From: Eledone cirrhosa | Taxonomy: Eukaryota | Assembly: GCA_964016885.1 (NCBI GenBank) | Contig: OZ024744.1 | Span: forward strand, 35,030,001 to 35,094,000 | Length of the DNA: 64,000 bases | Direction of reading: 5' to 3' | Shown here: positions 35,419 to 47,840 of the stretch, piece by piece | Layout of the letters: every line of letters begins with the position of its first letter | How positions within the stretch are numbered: position 1 is the stretch's first letter | Program-made: the position numbers and the translations under genes | The notes under the pieces: model-generated | Database searches by the model: none | Told to the model about the DNA's origin: nothing | Seen by the model: the letters and a program-made list of their open reading frames with translations, nothing else

Positions 35419-35914
35419 CCATCATGGCCTATAGCATCTCAGGGGATTTCGGCGAAATAAACCGATACGAGTACCTATATTAGACAAGGTGAAATGTTAG
35501 GATTTCGAAGGGAATAGATGACTTTGTAGAGACAGTCATACTGGCCAGCTTGGGGAAAAAACGAGGGTAAAAAATAAATATGTTGTGAAGGCTAGTGAAA
35601 TGATAAATACAACAATAATACTAATAATAGTGTGAGCGGAACATTTGCAGTTCATTTTCCTTTGGAGAATGCTTTCTGTAGTTGACTTACTGTTCAGAAT
35701 ATGGAAATGAATTTAAGAAGTTGAAATCGATTATTGTGGTTGCCAGAAGAATGGGGGATAGAAATACAAGCAATTGTAAAATTATTAAATGAACTATGAT
35801 AAAAAAAATACCTTGACATAGTTAGATATGTAGGTAGGTAGGTAGATAGATAGATATGTAGGTAGGTAGGTAGATACAGAAAGAGTTATACATAGAGGTA
35901 CAAATCAATGTGTG

Positions 35915-36790
35915 TGTTGTAGAAACTAAGGTTTATTTTGCTGTCATATCTAGCAATACAGTTTACCACAACATGGCCCTTGCGTCGTGTACGAAAGACA
36001 GGCACACACACAAGTAGATAAAGGGCCAACTTCAGTCACTCTAACTGATGAATACACACACACACACACACACACACACATGGTGTAATGACTGTTTAGA
36101 AGAATGGTATTATACATATATTATAACAGTTTTGGAAATAACAAAGGGCTGATTTACTTTTTTGTAGAAAGGTTTACTTCGTGGAAGTCAAAAATAGAAC
36201 AATACATATATTACCGGAGTTACGAAGGTTGTTGATGGTTCAGGTGGTTGAGTAGATTGAGACCAAAGTGGGTGCTGGAGTTTGCTCTTGGTATATTTTA
36301 CTTCACGTGTTGTGAGTAAACTTAGAAGGTTGGAGAAGGCACAGTTCATCTTCTCACGAGTGCTGCTGGGTGCCAAAGAGAGTTGCTCTTAACATGTTCA
36401 CTGGAGTAGGCTGGTATTTGCCTCCCCACGTGTCGTGGGTGAAGGCTGGAGTGTAGTGGGTGAAGTCGCCTCAGTTCTCCTGGGCTGCTGCGCGTCGAAA
36501 AGAGTGAGGATGCTCTGGCGGTCTCAATATATAATCCCCATGGGCACATAACTCCGATTTACTTCTTGTAGGTGACACTAGGGGGTCACTACCGTCCCCA
36601 TGGGACATAACTCTTGTGAGTTCTGGGTTTCACCGCTAGGGGTCACTATAACTCTCTCAATATCCATCTCTTGTTGGCTTTGTTTGCTATGTTACCACTT
36701 CATCGCTCCCTCTCTATATATTATAACCTCCCTTTCTCTCTCTCTCTCATATATATATTTATATATATATCCCCCGTTCCATTATCTGGT
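35915..36790 (-). mobile_element. Possible LTR-retrotransposon remnant
   Basis: TGTT...AACA-bounded segment 35915-36128 with AATAAA near its minus-strand 3' end; duplicated tagtgacccc PBS-like motif at ~36580 and ~36640; no recognisable protein. Confidence 0.3.
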
Positions 36791-37865
36791 GGACCCTTAG
36801 AAAACTAGGTGTTGATGAATGGCTTGTGAGAACTATACAAGCCATGTATAAAGAAACAGTCAGCAAGGTTAGAATTAACAACGAATATAGTGAAGAGTTT
36901 AACGTAAAAGTTGGTATTCATCAGGGCTCCGTTCCTAGCCCCCTACTATTTATTATTGCAATTCAGGCTATAACAGAGGAGTTCAAGACTGGCTGCCCAT
37001 GGGAACTCCTATACGCAGATGATCTAACGCTCATAGCTGAATCAATGACTGAACTAGAGAAGAAATTCCAAACATGGAAGCATGGCCTAGAATCAAAAGG
37101 CCTTAAAGTTAACTTTAAAATATGAACACTTTCCGTTACCTGGGTGACAAAATCAGCAGTGGTGGAGGGTGCTCTGAAAGTACAGTAGCTAGAGTCAGAA
37201 TGGGATGGAAAAAGTTCAGAGAGCTTATACCACTATTGGCTGCTAAAAGGTTCTCTCTAAAAATGAAAGGCAGGCTGTATGATGCCTGCATACGAACAGC
37301 AATGTTGCATGGCAGTAAGAGATCTAGGCATTGTGTGCAGAGGATATACGCAGACTGGAGAGAAACGAAACTTGCATGCTCCGCTGGATGTGTAATAGTA
37401 ATATACGTGAACAGCAAAGCATAAACGAACTAAGGGAGAAATTAGGAGTAAGAGGGATTAGATGTTGTTTACTCGAGAGAAGACTACGTTGGTATAGTCA
37501 CGTGATGCGCATGAAAGACGACAGCTGTATAAAAAAGTGCAGGGCGATTAAAAATAGACAATAGCCACGGAGTAGGCAGACCCAGAAAAACCTGGGACGA
37601 CTTGATAAATTCCAACCTCACACACTTACACCTCTCCTAGACAATGTCACTGGAACGAGTTATTAGGCGCTACAGTCATACAGAAGACCTGCCTTGCCTA
37701 AGTACGAAGCAAAACCTACAGTCAGTAGGCACCTCTAACAAAATACACCCTCGTCCCACTACCCCCACCCCATCCACACCACCCCCTTAAATGTGAAGTT
37801 ATGTCGGTACCACGACATCCAGTCCGAAACAAATGAGGTTGTGTAGGTGTCACGAAAAAAAAAAC
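36780..37865 (+). mobile_element. RTE subfamily 2 fragment (RT to 3'UTR, PHD region deleted)
   Basis: HQGSVPSP, YADD, GLKVN joined almost directly to FRYLG. Confidence 0.9.
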
Positions 37866-37879
37866 ACAGAAACCGAAAG

Positions 37880-40800
37880 GCACTTGATGTAGTTCTTAAA
37901 GGTGGTAGCTCTGTTGTTGACAATTATGAGCATTACAGACAGGTAAAGAAGGTGGTGCAGGTGAAACTCAGGGCCATGCAAGGAACCTGGTAGAGCAACA
38001 AAGCAGGTGAAGTTCAAGCGGCATCTGATGGCAACAATGTGAAACTTCTGCACTCTAGTCAGAGAGGTGTATGGTCCTTTCAACTCACCAGTGACACCGG
38101 TGAGATCAAAAGATGGCAAGCAGTTACTGCACAATCCAAAAGACATACTCGACAGATGGAGAGATAACTGATGAGCTCTTACACCAGCCATCCCAGGTTG
38201 ATGATTTCATTTGCTCCATTCCTATTGAACCAGTGAAGCATGAGATGTCTGATGTACTGTCTCTTGCAGAGGTAACTTCTCTGCATAAGCTGAACTGTGG
38301 TAAGTCTCCTGGTATCGATGGTCTGAGTGCAGAGGTTTTGAAGTGCAGTGGTGAAAACTTCACGCAGCGCCTGACTGACCTCATGAAAAAGGTGTGGGAA
38401 GATGGGAATGTCCCACAAGATTGGAAGGATGCACTCATGGTGATTCTCTATAAAGGAAAGGGTCGGAAGGACAAATGTGGCAATTATCGTGGCATATCAC
38501 TTCTTTCAGTAGTTGGTAAAGTCATGTCGAATATTGATGGATAGATTGATCTCAGGGGTTTCTCTGAATGTGTTGCCTGAGTCGCAGTGTGGGTTCAGAA
38601 ACGAAAGAGGAACAATGGATATGATCTTTTCTGCTCGGCAGCTGCAAGAGAAGTGTATCAAACAATGTATGGATCTTTACCAGGTCTTTGTTGACTTGAC
38701 AAAGGCCTTTGACACCGTCAGTCGAACTACATTGTGGAAGATTTTGGAAATGGCCTCCAAAGTTTGTGAAGATTCTGCATCTTTTTCATGACATGAAGGC
38801 TTGGGTCAGTATTGGTGGTAGCATCTCTGAACTAATATCAGTTGAAAATGGAGTGAAGCAGGGGGACATTCCAGCTCCAATTCTGTTTTCCCTATATTTT
38901 ATGACAGTGTTTCTCATGGCATACAGGAAGAATTGTTCACATGGAGTCTACACTTCTGGAAGGTTGTTCAACACCAGGCGCTTTGGTGTAAGCACAAAGA
39001 TATTAACATCTATAAAGTTCAGAGAGCTTATACCACTATTAGCCGTTAAAGGGTTCTCCCTAAAAATGAAAGGTAGGTTGTACGATGCCTGCATACGAAC
39101 AGCAATGTTGCATGGCAGTGAGACCTGGGCATTGTGTGCAGAGGATATACGCAGACTAGAGAGGAACGAAGCTTGCATGCTCCGCTGGATGTGTAATAGT
39201 AATATACGCGAACGGCAAAGCATAAACAAACTAAGGGAAAAATTAGAAATAAGAGGGATCAGATGTTGTTTAGTCGAGAGAAGGCTACGTTGGTATGGTC
39301 ACGTGATGCGCATGAAAGACAACAGCTGTATAAAAAAGTGCAGGGCAATAAAGATAGACGGTAGCCACGGAGTAGGCAGACCCAGAAAAACCTGGGACGA
39401 CTTGATAAATTCCGACCTCACACACTTACACCTCTCCAAGACAATGTCACTGGACCGAGATCTTTGGCGGTACTCAGTAATAGAGAAGACCCGCCTTACC
39501 TGAAATACAAAGTAAAACCTACTACAGTCAGTAGGCATCTCTAACAAAATACACCCCCGTCCCACCACCCCCACCCCATCCACACCGCCCCTTTCAATGT
39601 AAAGTTATGTTGGTGCCACAACATCCAGGCCGAAACAAATGACATCATGTAGGTGTCACAACAAAAAAACACTCAGTCCACGCTGTAATGTGGCCGTGTA
39701 GGCAACACGGTAAAAACCTCCCAGACCCACACTGTAAATGTGGTTGGTGTTAGGAAGGGCATCCAGCTGTAGAAAACCCGCCAGACAGTCCTATGTGAGC
39801 AAGACAACCACTCTTGCCTCAAGTGGGAAAACTCCCGTCCAAACCCGTGGAACATGGACGTTAAACGATGATGATGATGATGAATCCAAGAGTTTTTGTA
39901 TGCAGATGACTGCGATCTTTTTGCACATTCATAAAGTGACATGCAGCATATTATGAACCCTTTTTCTGAAGCTTGCAGTGCTTTGGGCCTCACAATAAGC
40001 TTGGCAAAGACTGTTGTGATGTATCAGCCAGCACCTAGAAAAGAGTACACTACACCAACTGCGTACGTGTACGGAAAGAGGCTAAAAGTTGCTGACAAGT
40101 TTGTGTACCTTGGTAGTACGCTGAACAACTCATGCACACTTGATGATGAAATATCCTTAAGAATCAAGAAAGCCAGGGATGCTCTTGGACGGCTGCATGA
40201 ACGTTTATGGTCCAGAGGAGGTATCACTATCGAAACCAAGGTGAAAGTATATCTGACTTCTGTCGTCTCCTCTTTGCTTTTTACTTGCGAAACGTGGGTC
40301 ACATACAGAAAACACACCTCATGGAACTGGAGAGTCTTCACCAACAATCTCTTCGTAAGTTACTTGGAGTGTGATGTAAAATGTTCGTTAGTGATTTCGA
40401 AGTTCTCGAACGGAGCAGGTGCGTGACTATTCAGGTGGTGTGGACACGTGAACCGGATGTCTGATGATCGCATTCCAAAGCAACTTCTCTACAGAGAACT
40501 GTGTGAAGGAAGGTGACCACCACATAAACCAAAAATGTGGTACCGGGACTATGTCAGGGGCACCTTGGCTTGTGCTGGAATTTCATCTGACGAATGGGAG
40601 AAAATGGCTGGGGAGTGAGTGAAGTGGAGACGTTTGATCAAGTCAGGTAGTGAACACTTTGAAACTTGTCGGAGAGAACACCTTACACTGAAAAGGAAGG
40701 TGAGGATTGAGACTGTTCTGAACTGCCTGCTGTTGAACATCATCTGGTTTGCCAGTACTGTGGTCGAGTCTGCCTGAGTAAAGCTGGTTTGATTAGACAT

Positions 40801-40910
40801 GAACAAAGTCATATCAGTAGACCTCATGTAGATTATGATCTGAAAAGGTGTAAGGAATGTGTTAACATGGGAGTTCTTAAAAGACACATTAGAACACACA
40901 GTCAGAACAA
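37880..40910 (+). mobile_element. BovB-like RTE LINE (frameshifted), interrupted by another RTE
   Basis: GKSPGIDG, NYRGISLLS, ESQCGFR, FVDLTKAFD, GVKQG, FLYADDC (39890), FVYLGS, WCGHVNRM, C-terminal C2H2 finger CQYCGRVCLSKAGLIRHEQSH. Confidence 0.9.
39014..39882 (+). mobile_element. RTE subfamily 2 3' fragment nested in the BovB-like element
   Basis: Begins at KFRELIPLL, ends in (GAT)n; the host element resumes at IQEFLYADDC. Confidence 0.92.
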
Positions 40911-40939
40911 AGCAATGGATAGTCCCATAGGAGCCTACA

Positions 40940-41150
40940 ATTGAAAAAATATTGAAAAAATATTGAAAAAATATATTGAAAAAATATATTAAAAAATATT
41001 GAAAAGAATATTGAAAAAATTTTTAAAAAACCTTGAGAAAAATTTTTTAAAAACTTTTGAGAAAATATTTTTTAAATCCTTTCAAAAAAATTTTTTAAAA
41101 GATAAGTAATTTTTAAAGAAATAAAAAATTATTCAAATTAAAAAAATTAG
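40940..41150. repeat. AT-rich ~11-bp minisatellite (ttgaaaaaata)n, degenerate
   Basis: Direct observation. Confidence 0.8.
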
Positions 41151-41284
41151 GACATTTTTAAGATGTGGAAGTACAACAAATGTTAGAGATATTATGATTT
41201 AGAAATATCAATATATTAAAACCAAGTAGATGAGATTAATAGGAATATTATAAGTATAATTATAAGTTATATATAGTTCTGAAT

Positions 41285-42760
41285 GTTGAATTCTGGCGAT
41301 GTCTACAAGAATTAAATAAAATCGTTCTTAGATTAATTGAGTTTTTACAGCAATATAAAAAATGTTTACAGTATATAAAAAATTTCTTCAATACACAATT
41401 TGCAGAATCTGGATAGAGCTGTGTTTTGGAATGCGGGTGCTTTTGAAACTGTTTCCCAAGCTAATGAATAGTCTATATTCTTGCATTTTAAGTTCCATAT
41501 CAGGTTTGAAAGAGAAGTTGAAGATTTTTTTATCAAATCTTCGGAAAGAAAAATTGTGGTTATTTCAGCGACTTTTAAATTCTGTAGAAGTTGCACCGAC
41601 ATAGTTAAATATATTAACACTAGTTTTAACTGTACATTTATAGAATACGTTTTTATCTAAACACTTATTTTGTAAAGGACAGTTTGATTTAATTCTACAG
41701 TTACATTTTGCGGAGTTGTTGTTGCTCGGAACGGTACTATTAGGTTAGATATTGCTAGAATTATTACTGCTATTTTGGTTATTTTGGTTAGGGTTTAAAT
41801 TAAAGTTTCTATTATTAATTTTATTTATATTTTGTGCTATGTTCATAGTATGTCTGTTATATTTTGTGCTATGTTTATAGTATGTCTATTAAAGATTGAG
41901 AGGTATCTGTGGGCTTTAGGAAAACATTTGTCTAGTGCTTTAAAGAATAGCTTTCCTAAAGGTGTTTTAACGCTTAATGAGAATGGGGGTGAATACCAAA
42001 TAATATTTCTAGTTCTTCTGTTAGTTTTAGAGTTTAAGTTAAATTTTTTATTATTATTATAATTAATAGTAGGGTGATTTGCCTTATTATTGTTGTCGAT
42101 GTATTTAATCTTATTTATATAGCCTGCTCTATTTAAAGCTTCATTATAATATTCAGCCTTATCATCAAAAATATTTTTATTAGCAGAGATGCGTGAAATC
42201 CGTTGTTGGACACAATTGACAATAGTGTTCTTGATAGATCTAGGATGATTAGAGTTAAAACTTACATAGTTTAGATTCTCATTAATTTTATGGAATGGAT
42301 AGTAGAGCCCTGTGCTAAGGTTTAATGTTACGTCTAAAAAGTTAACGATTTTATAGTTATTCTCTATTTCTAACTTAAGGTTGTAGCTATTGAAGAATTG
42401 TATTATGGATTTTCTTTTCCTATTAATTTCACAATTACTATGATTTTCAATTAAAAGCACCATATTATCACGATATAAACCACCGATCATCTCTGATAAT
42501 TTTCTATGCAGTGTATTATTAGTAAATAACCCCACAAGATCCGTTATTTGCACCGAGTCGGATGATCCCATGGTGATATCAAAATTATTTTTTCTATTGT
42601 CTCTAGTCCAGAGATGATTGTTGAATTCAATTAAAGTTTTCCGTGCAGTTAAAATGATATGCATTTCTTCACTAGATAAATCTGTATGTTTAGATGCATA
42701 GATAAGAGCTTTATTAAGTAAACTAGGAGTAATAGAGGAGTAGTAGTTTGCAATATTGTT
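41285..42760 (-). mobile_element. Penelope-like element, 5'-truncated (RT C-half + C-terminal GIY-YIG)
   Basis: FDITMGS, GLYRDN (YRDD-like), VNFLDV, SNHP, IIWYSPPFS, CNCRIKSNCPL..C, NVFY...YVG, CKLC, CRH motifs; abuts (TA)n at 42760. Confidence 0.88.
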
Positions 42761-44856
42761 ATATATATATAAAAACTTCCTCATAAACAATGTTTTAAAC
42801 TTTTTCATCGTTTGTGTAATAATAAAGATTATTAGGATCCCCCAATCTTGAAAGTGATACATATAGTTGTCCATTAGAAAATACTTCATTTTTAAGATTG
42901 ATACCAACTTTTTTAAATGTTTGACCTTGTGATTTATTGTCGTAGCAAAAGATAGTTTAACTGGAAATTGTAATCTTGTAAACCTCACTGGTTCCTCTGC
43001 AAGTAATTTAATTCTTGGTAATAATATTAATTCAGTTTTCTACTTTCTATTTAGTATTTTTGCTTCAATTAAATTATTTGTAAGGGATTCCACTATTAAC
43101 CTCGTTCGGTTGCATAACTTTGGAGTTTGTAAATTACTCAAAAGAATAATTGGAACTCCTTTCTTCAAATTCAATTGATGTGATGGAAATCTCGATAATT
43201 CTAATGAATTTAAGAACTCAACCGGAAAATCTACTGCTTCATTTGTATCCACTACTTGATCTATAGAATTGGAGGTTCTTAATCTATGTTCTTCTACTTT
43301 AAGTAATCGCATATCAATAGCATCAACATTATCATTTTTAGCAGCTAAAATTATTCTGCCTGACAACCATTCTGTATTAGTGTAATTAATTGTAATGTCC
43401 TCAAAAATAAATGTTTCTAAATCAATTTCATTCTCAACTTTATTTCCCACTGATAATAATATCATGTGATGTCATCACAAGGGACCCTATTTTCTCCTAT
43501 TTCTAATAGTTTACTTGCAAAATCTCGTAAGTTGTTATTTTTAGGATATACACTCTTAATGACAATTTATAGAATAATAACCATAAATAAGATGCCTTGA
43601 TAGATGCATCTATTTCATCAGCTTTTGTACCTCTTGGTACTACTGGAAGTATTTGTGTAAAATCACCAGCTAGTAAAACAGTAATACCACCAAAAGGTAA
43701 ATTATTCTTTTTAATCTCTTTCAATGTTTTATCAACAGCCTCTAACATCTTTTTGTGTGACATTTAACTTCATCCCATACTAATAAATTACAATTTTCTA
43801 AGGTTATCCAAATTTGACTATTTTTTCTAAATGATGTTGTGAATTCATCAAATATTGATGATGAAAATGGTAATTTAAACATTGAATGTACTGTTTTTCC
43901 ATTATCTATTAAAGTTGCTGCTATTCCTGATGAAGCAACAGCTATAGTAATAGAACCATTCATTTTATTGTTTGCTGGTAAAAGATTGATCAAAAATGTT
44001 TTTCCAGTTCCACCTGGAGCATCTAAAAAGTATAATGTTTGTTCATTTCTTTTGGTTATTGAATCATTGATTGTAGTGTAAATAAGTCTTTGTTCTTCAT
44101 TTAACAATGGTTCATTTACATCTACAAAGTTTCTTATTTCTAAGTGTTCATTTACTCTTTCAATATTGTTTCCTTCTAGTTCATCATAAGTTGGTTCAGG
44201 TAACCTTTTGTCCAATTTCATATAAAAGAGTTTTAAGTTTATGTAAAAGTTCACTGTATAATATTTCTTCATCATTTATTTTTTCTTGTTGATTGTTTGT
44301 CAATTGATTTAGAATATCAACTGACATTGGTTGTTTAAATACAATACTACTGGATCAGAAGGATTGCAAATAAGTATCTCACCTGGCATGGTAGTTTGGT
44401 AGAAACAGTTTCTCTAAGTGCTAGTGTTAGATGATTGTCATCTTCTAACAATCCCCTTGCCAAACATGCTTCTCTAAATGTATTATAGACAATACCCTCA
44501 TGTGTTTTTACGTCTCTGAAAGATTTGGGCCTCTAACTACGTTCAGCAATAATCTGAGAATAGCATTGTTTGATTAGGTGGTACAGTGTAAATTCTGGAA
44601 CATGTTTGCACAAATCTACCATTCAATCTTCTTTTCTATGTTTTATTGTAAGGGTATAATGATGGAATGTCCTTACATAAGAAACTTCTTGCATATTCAT
44701 CAGTTTCATTCAATTTGAAGAACAAAATTAAAGATATCTAATTGTTGAACAGCTGGGTTTTGCATATGAATATTAAATTGAAGGATTTTCCATACAGCCT
44801 CATTACTATTGAAATAATCTCCTGTTACAAACTTATTGACTTCATTATATTGGTCA

Positions 44857-47840
44857 CTAGCAGTGGTACCTGGCGTTGCACGGGATAAGGTATTTTGGAA
44901 TGCGGGCTGCCAACAGACTTAATCGTGGAAAAATTGCATGCCTGGATAATATGTCATCATCATCATCATCATCACCGTTTTACGTTCGTTCTTCCACGCT
45001 AACATGGGTTAGACAGGTTGTCCTATTGTGGGCAGTGTCTGGTCGGCTGACCATGCCTTGCTCATACAGGAACTGATTTGGCTTGATTTCTACAGCTGGA
45101 TGCCCTTCCTAACACCAACCTCATTTACAGTGAGTGCTGGGTGCTTTTTCGTGGCGCCTACACGTGCACTTTACAGTGTGGGCTGGGTGCTTTTTTGCCG
45201 TGGCACCTCCATGACCACCTTGCAGTGGGAGGGTGTGGGGCATATTGTCTATATGCTTCAGCTTGTACCCATGGGAGGTCGGGTACTCTGTATTACTGCG
45301 TGACGCCAGAGATCACGGTCGTGTGTCATCGCCTTTGAGAGGTGTAATTGGGTAAGGTCGGCTTTTATCACCTCATCCCAGGTCATCTTGGGTCTCCCCA
45401 CTCCGCGGTTTCCATCGACTCCTAGTGCTCTGCACCTTTTTATGCAGCTATCATCCTTCATACGCATCACATGTCCACACCAATGCAACCACCTCTCCTG
45501 CACACAGCATTTGATTCCTCTTCTGCTCAGTCTCTCTCTCAATTCATTTATGCTTTGTCGGTCGCGTATATTACTATTACACATCCATCGGAGCATGCAG
45601 GCTTCGTTTCTCTCTAATCTACGTAAGTCTTCCACCTTCAGTGCCCAGGTCTCACTACCATGTAACATTGCTGTTATTGTACTTTCTGAACACCCACCTC
45701 CGCTGCTAATTCGGTCACCAAGGAAGCAGAAGCTGTCTACTGTCTCTACAGAGCCCTCCCAGAGATTGGTGGTACTTGTTTCCTGTGGCTGTTTGCTGCT
45801 TGCTGTCCCAGTACAGCTGCTACATGTGAAGCCTACATTCTTAATTAAGTTTCCTGAGATCCCGCTACATCTCTTGTGTACCCATTGTTTGCATTTGGGG
45901 CAGAGAATGGAGTTCCTACCTACACCTTTCCTACATGCTGAGCAAGGCCATTTCCCTGAGGGGATCTGGCTTCTGTTTTCTCGTCTACTTACAAGGACCT
46001 TAGTCTTTGTCGTGTTGACTTTGAGACCCTTTCTTTCTAGTCCCTGCTTCCAAGTTTGGAATTTCTTCTCTAGTTCTACCATAGATTCAGCTATAAGTGC
46101 GAGGTTATCTGCATACAGGAGTTCCCATGGGCATCCGGTCTTAAACTCCTTCGTTATTGCCTGCAAGACTATGATGAACAGAAGAGGGCTAAGAACAAAG
46201 CCCTGGTGGACACCAACCTGTACGCTAAATTCCTCGCTATACTCATTGCTAATCCTAACTTTGCTGACTGCTCCCCTATACATGGCTTGTACAGCTTTCA
46301 CAACCCATTCATCTACTCCTAGTTTTCTAAGAGCCCACCAGATTACAGCACGTGGAACTCTGTCAAAGGCTTTCTCAAGATCGCCAAATGCCAAGTAGAG
46401 TGGCTTACTTTTAGCTAGGTACTTTTCCTGTAACTGCCTCACAAGGAAGAGGGCATCAGTGGTGCCTCTTCCTGGTACAAACCCAAATTGCATCTCATCT
46501 AGTTTCACCCGGTCCCTAATCAACTGTGCTATAACTCTTTCTGTTACTTTCATGACCTGGTCCATCAGCTTTATACCTCTATAGTTTCCTCTATCGAGTG
46601 CATCACCTTTACCTTTGTAGCAGTTGACAATGATGCTACTGCACCAATCTTTTGGTATGACACCTAGTATTACCCGGTTAACAATACGTGTGGTTATAGT
46701 GTGACCTACAGACCCAGATGCCTTCAGCATCTCGGCAGCTATACCCGATGGACCGGTTGCCTTCCCCATCTTCATATCTTTGATTGCCTTACTTACTATG
46801 CTGCTGCTGACTTGTACTGCTGGCCCTCTCTATAGGGTCTACTTGGGGTAGGGTCTCTTCTTCCCATGCATTCTCCTCATTTAGTAATCTATCATAATGA
46901 CTCTTCCATGTATCTTTCTTCTCAGCACTTGTGAGGGCAAGCTCACGTTTATCATAAAGAAAATAAACCAAATATTCTAATGGCTGAATAATCTTTAAGA
47001 TTTTCCTCGATGAATCAGGAAAAATGCAGGTTTTCACCTAATGTGGGCCCTAGGGGATAAAAAAAATGAATTTTTTTAATGTGCATAATATGCCTTGAAA
47101 TTTCTGGAAAATCGGCTAGACGTAACGCCTAAAAAAAGCCCTAAAAAGCTGAAAAAATGAAGTTTTTCACCTAATGCAAGCCCTAGGCCATAAAAAAGTT
47201 GGATTTTCTTTGCTCATGGTATGAAGAAGAGACTAACTAATACATAGTTACAATTTCAAGGAAATCGGTCTGAAGTAACGCCTAAAAAAAAACCCTGAAA
47301 ACCTGTAAAAACGCAGTTTTTTACCTAATGCAGGCCCTAGGGGATCAAAAAGTTGAATTTGTTTATGTGCATAACACTCCCTGAAACATAAGTAATACAC
47401 ATGTAAAGTTTGAAAAAAGTCGGTTGGGTACTTCTCGAGTTTTAGGGATTCAAACTCAGACACACACACACAGACAGACATCCTCAGGGAAGTGATGTAA
47501 TGCAGACATACAAACAGATATTATAAGGGCGTGTTCTGGACACAGAGGGAATTGTGGGAAGTTACGTAATGCAGACAGCCAGACATACAGACAGATATTA
47601 TAAGGGCGCAACGTTATATGTATGTATCCATCTAAAAAGAGAAAGACTAAGAATTATAGAGAGAGATCGCTAAATCGCCTAATGTGGTCCCTAGGGCATT
47701 GAAAATTTGAATTTTTTTTGCTCAGAACACTCCCTGAAACATAAGTATTACATGTGTAAAGTTTGAGTGTTGGGTGCTTCTCGAGTTTTAGGGATTCAAA
47801 CTCTCACACACACAGACATCTTCAGTTTTATATATATAGA
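44857..47840 (-). mobile_element. Non-autonomous Helitron inserted in the autonomous Helitron
   Basis: 5' A|TCTATATATATAAA at 47840; 3' cccgtgcaacgccagg hairpin-like motif and CTAG|T at 44857; removing it rejoins the Rep-Hel frame. Confidence 0.8.
44954..46955 (-). mobile_element. 5'-truncated RTE family 1 copy (ORF 45258-46775, YADD mutated to YADN)
   Basis: Near-identical to 15203-17305 with an internal deletion; (GAT)n tail. Confidence 0.95.

Noticed and set aside
38709-39503. 264-aa ORF as a chimeric RT gene
   Set aside because: Produced by an RTE 3' fragment inserted at 39014 in frame with the BovB-like RT
41843-42988. 381-aa ORF as a Helitron helicase-Penelope RT fusion protein
   Set aside because: Chance in-frame read-through across a (TA)n junction at ~42760-42770 between two decayed elements; the Helitron part goes out of frame and the RT has YRDN
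45388-46398. Long antisense ORFs over RTE copies (also 15630-16745, 27992-28432, 58139-58534)
   Set aside because: Shadow frames of the RTE coding strand with breakpoints that vary between copies; no independent protein signature
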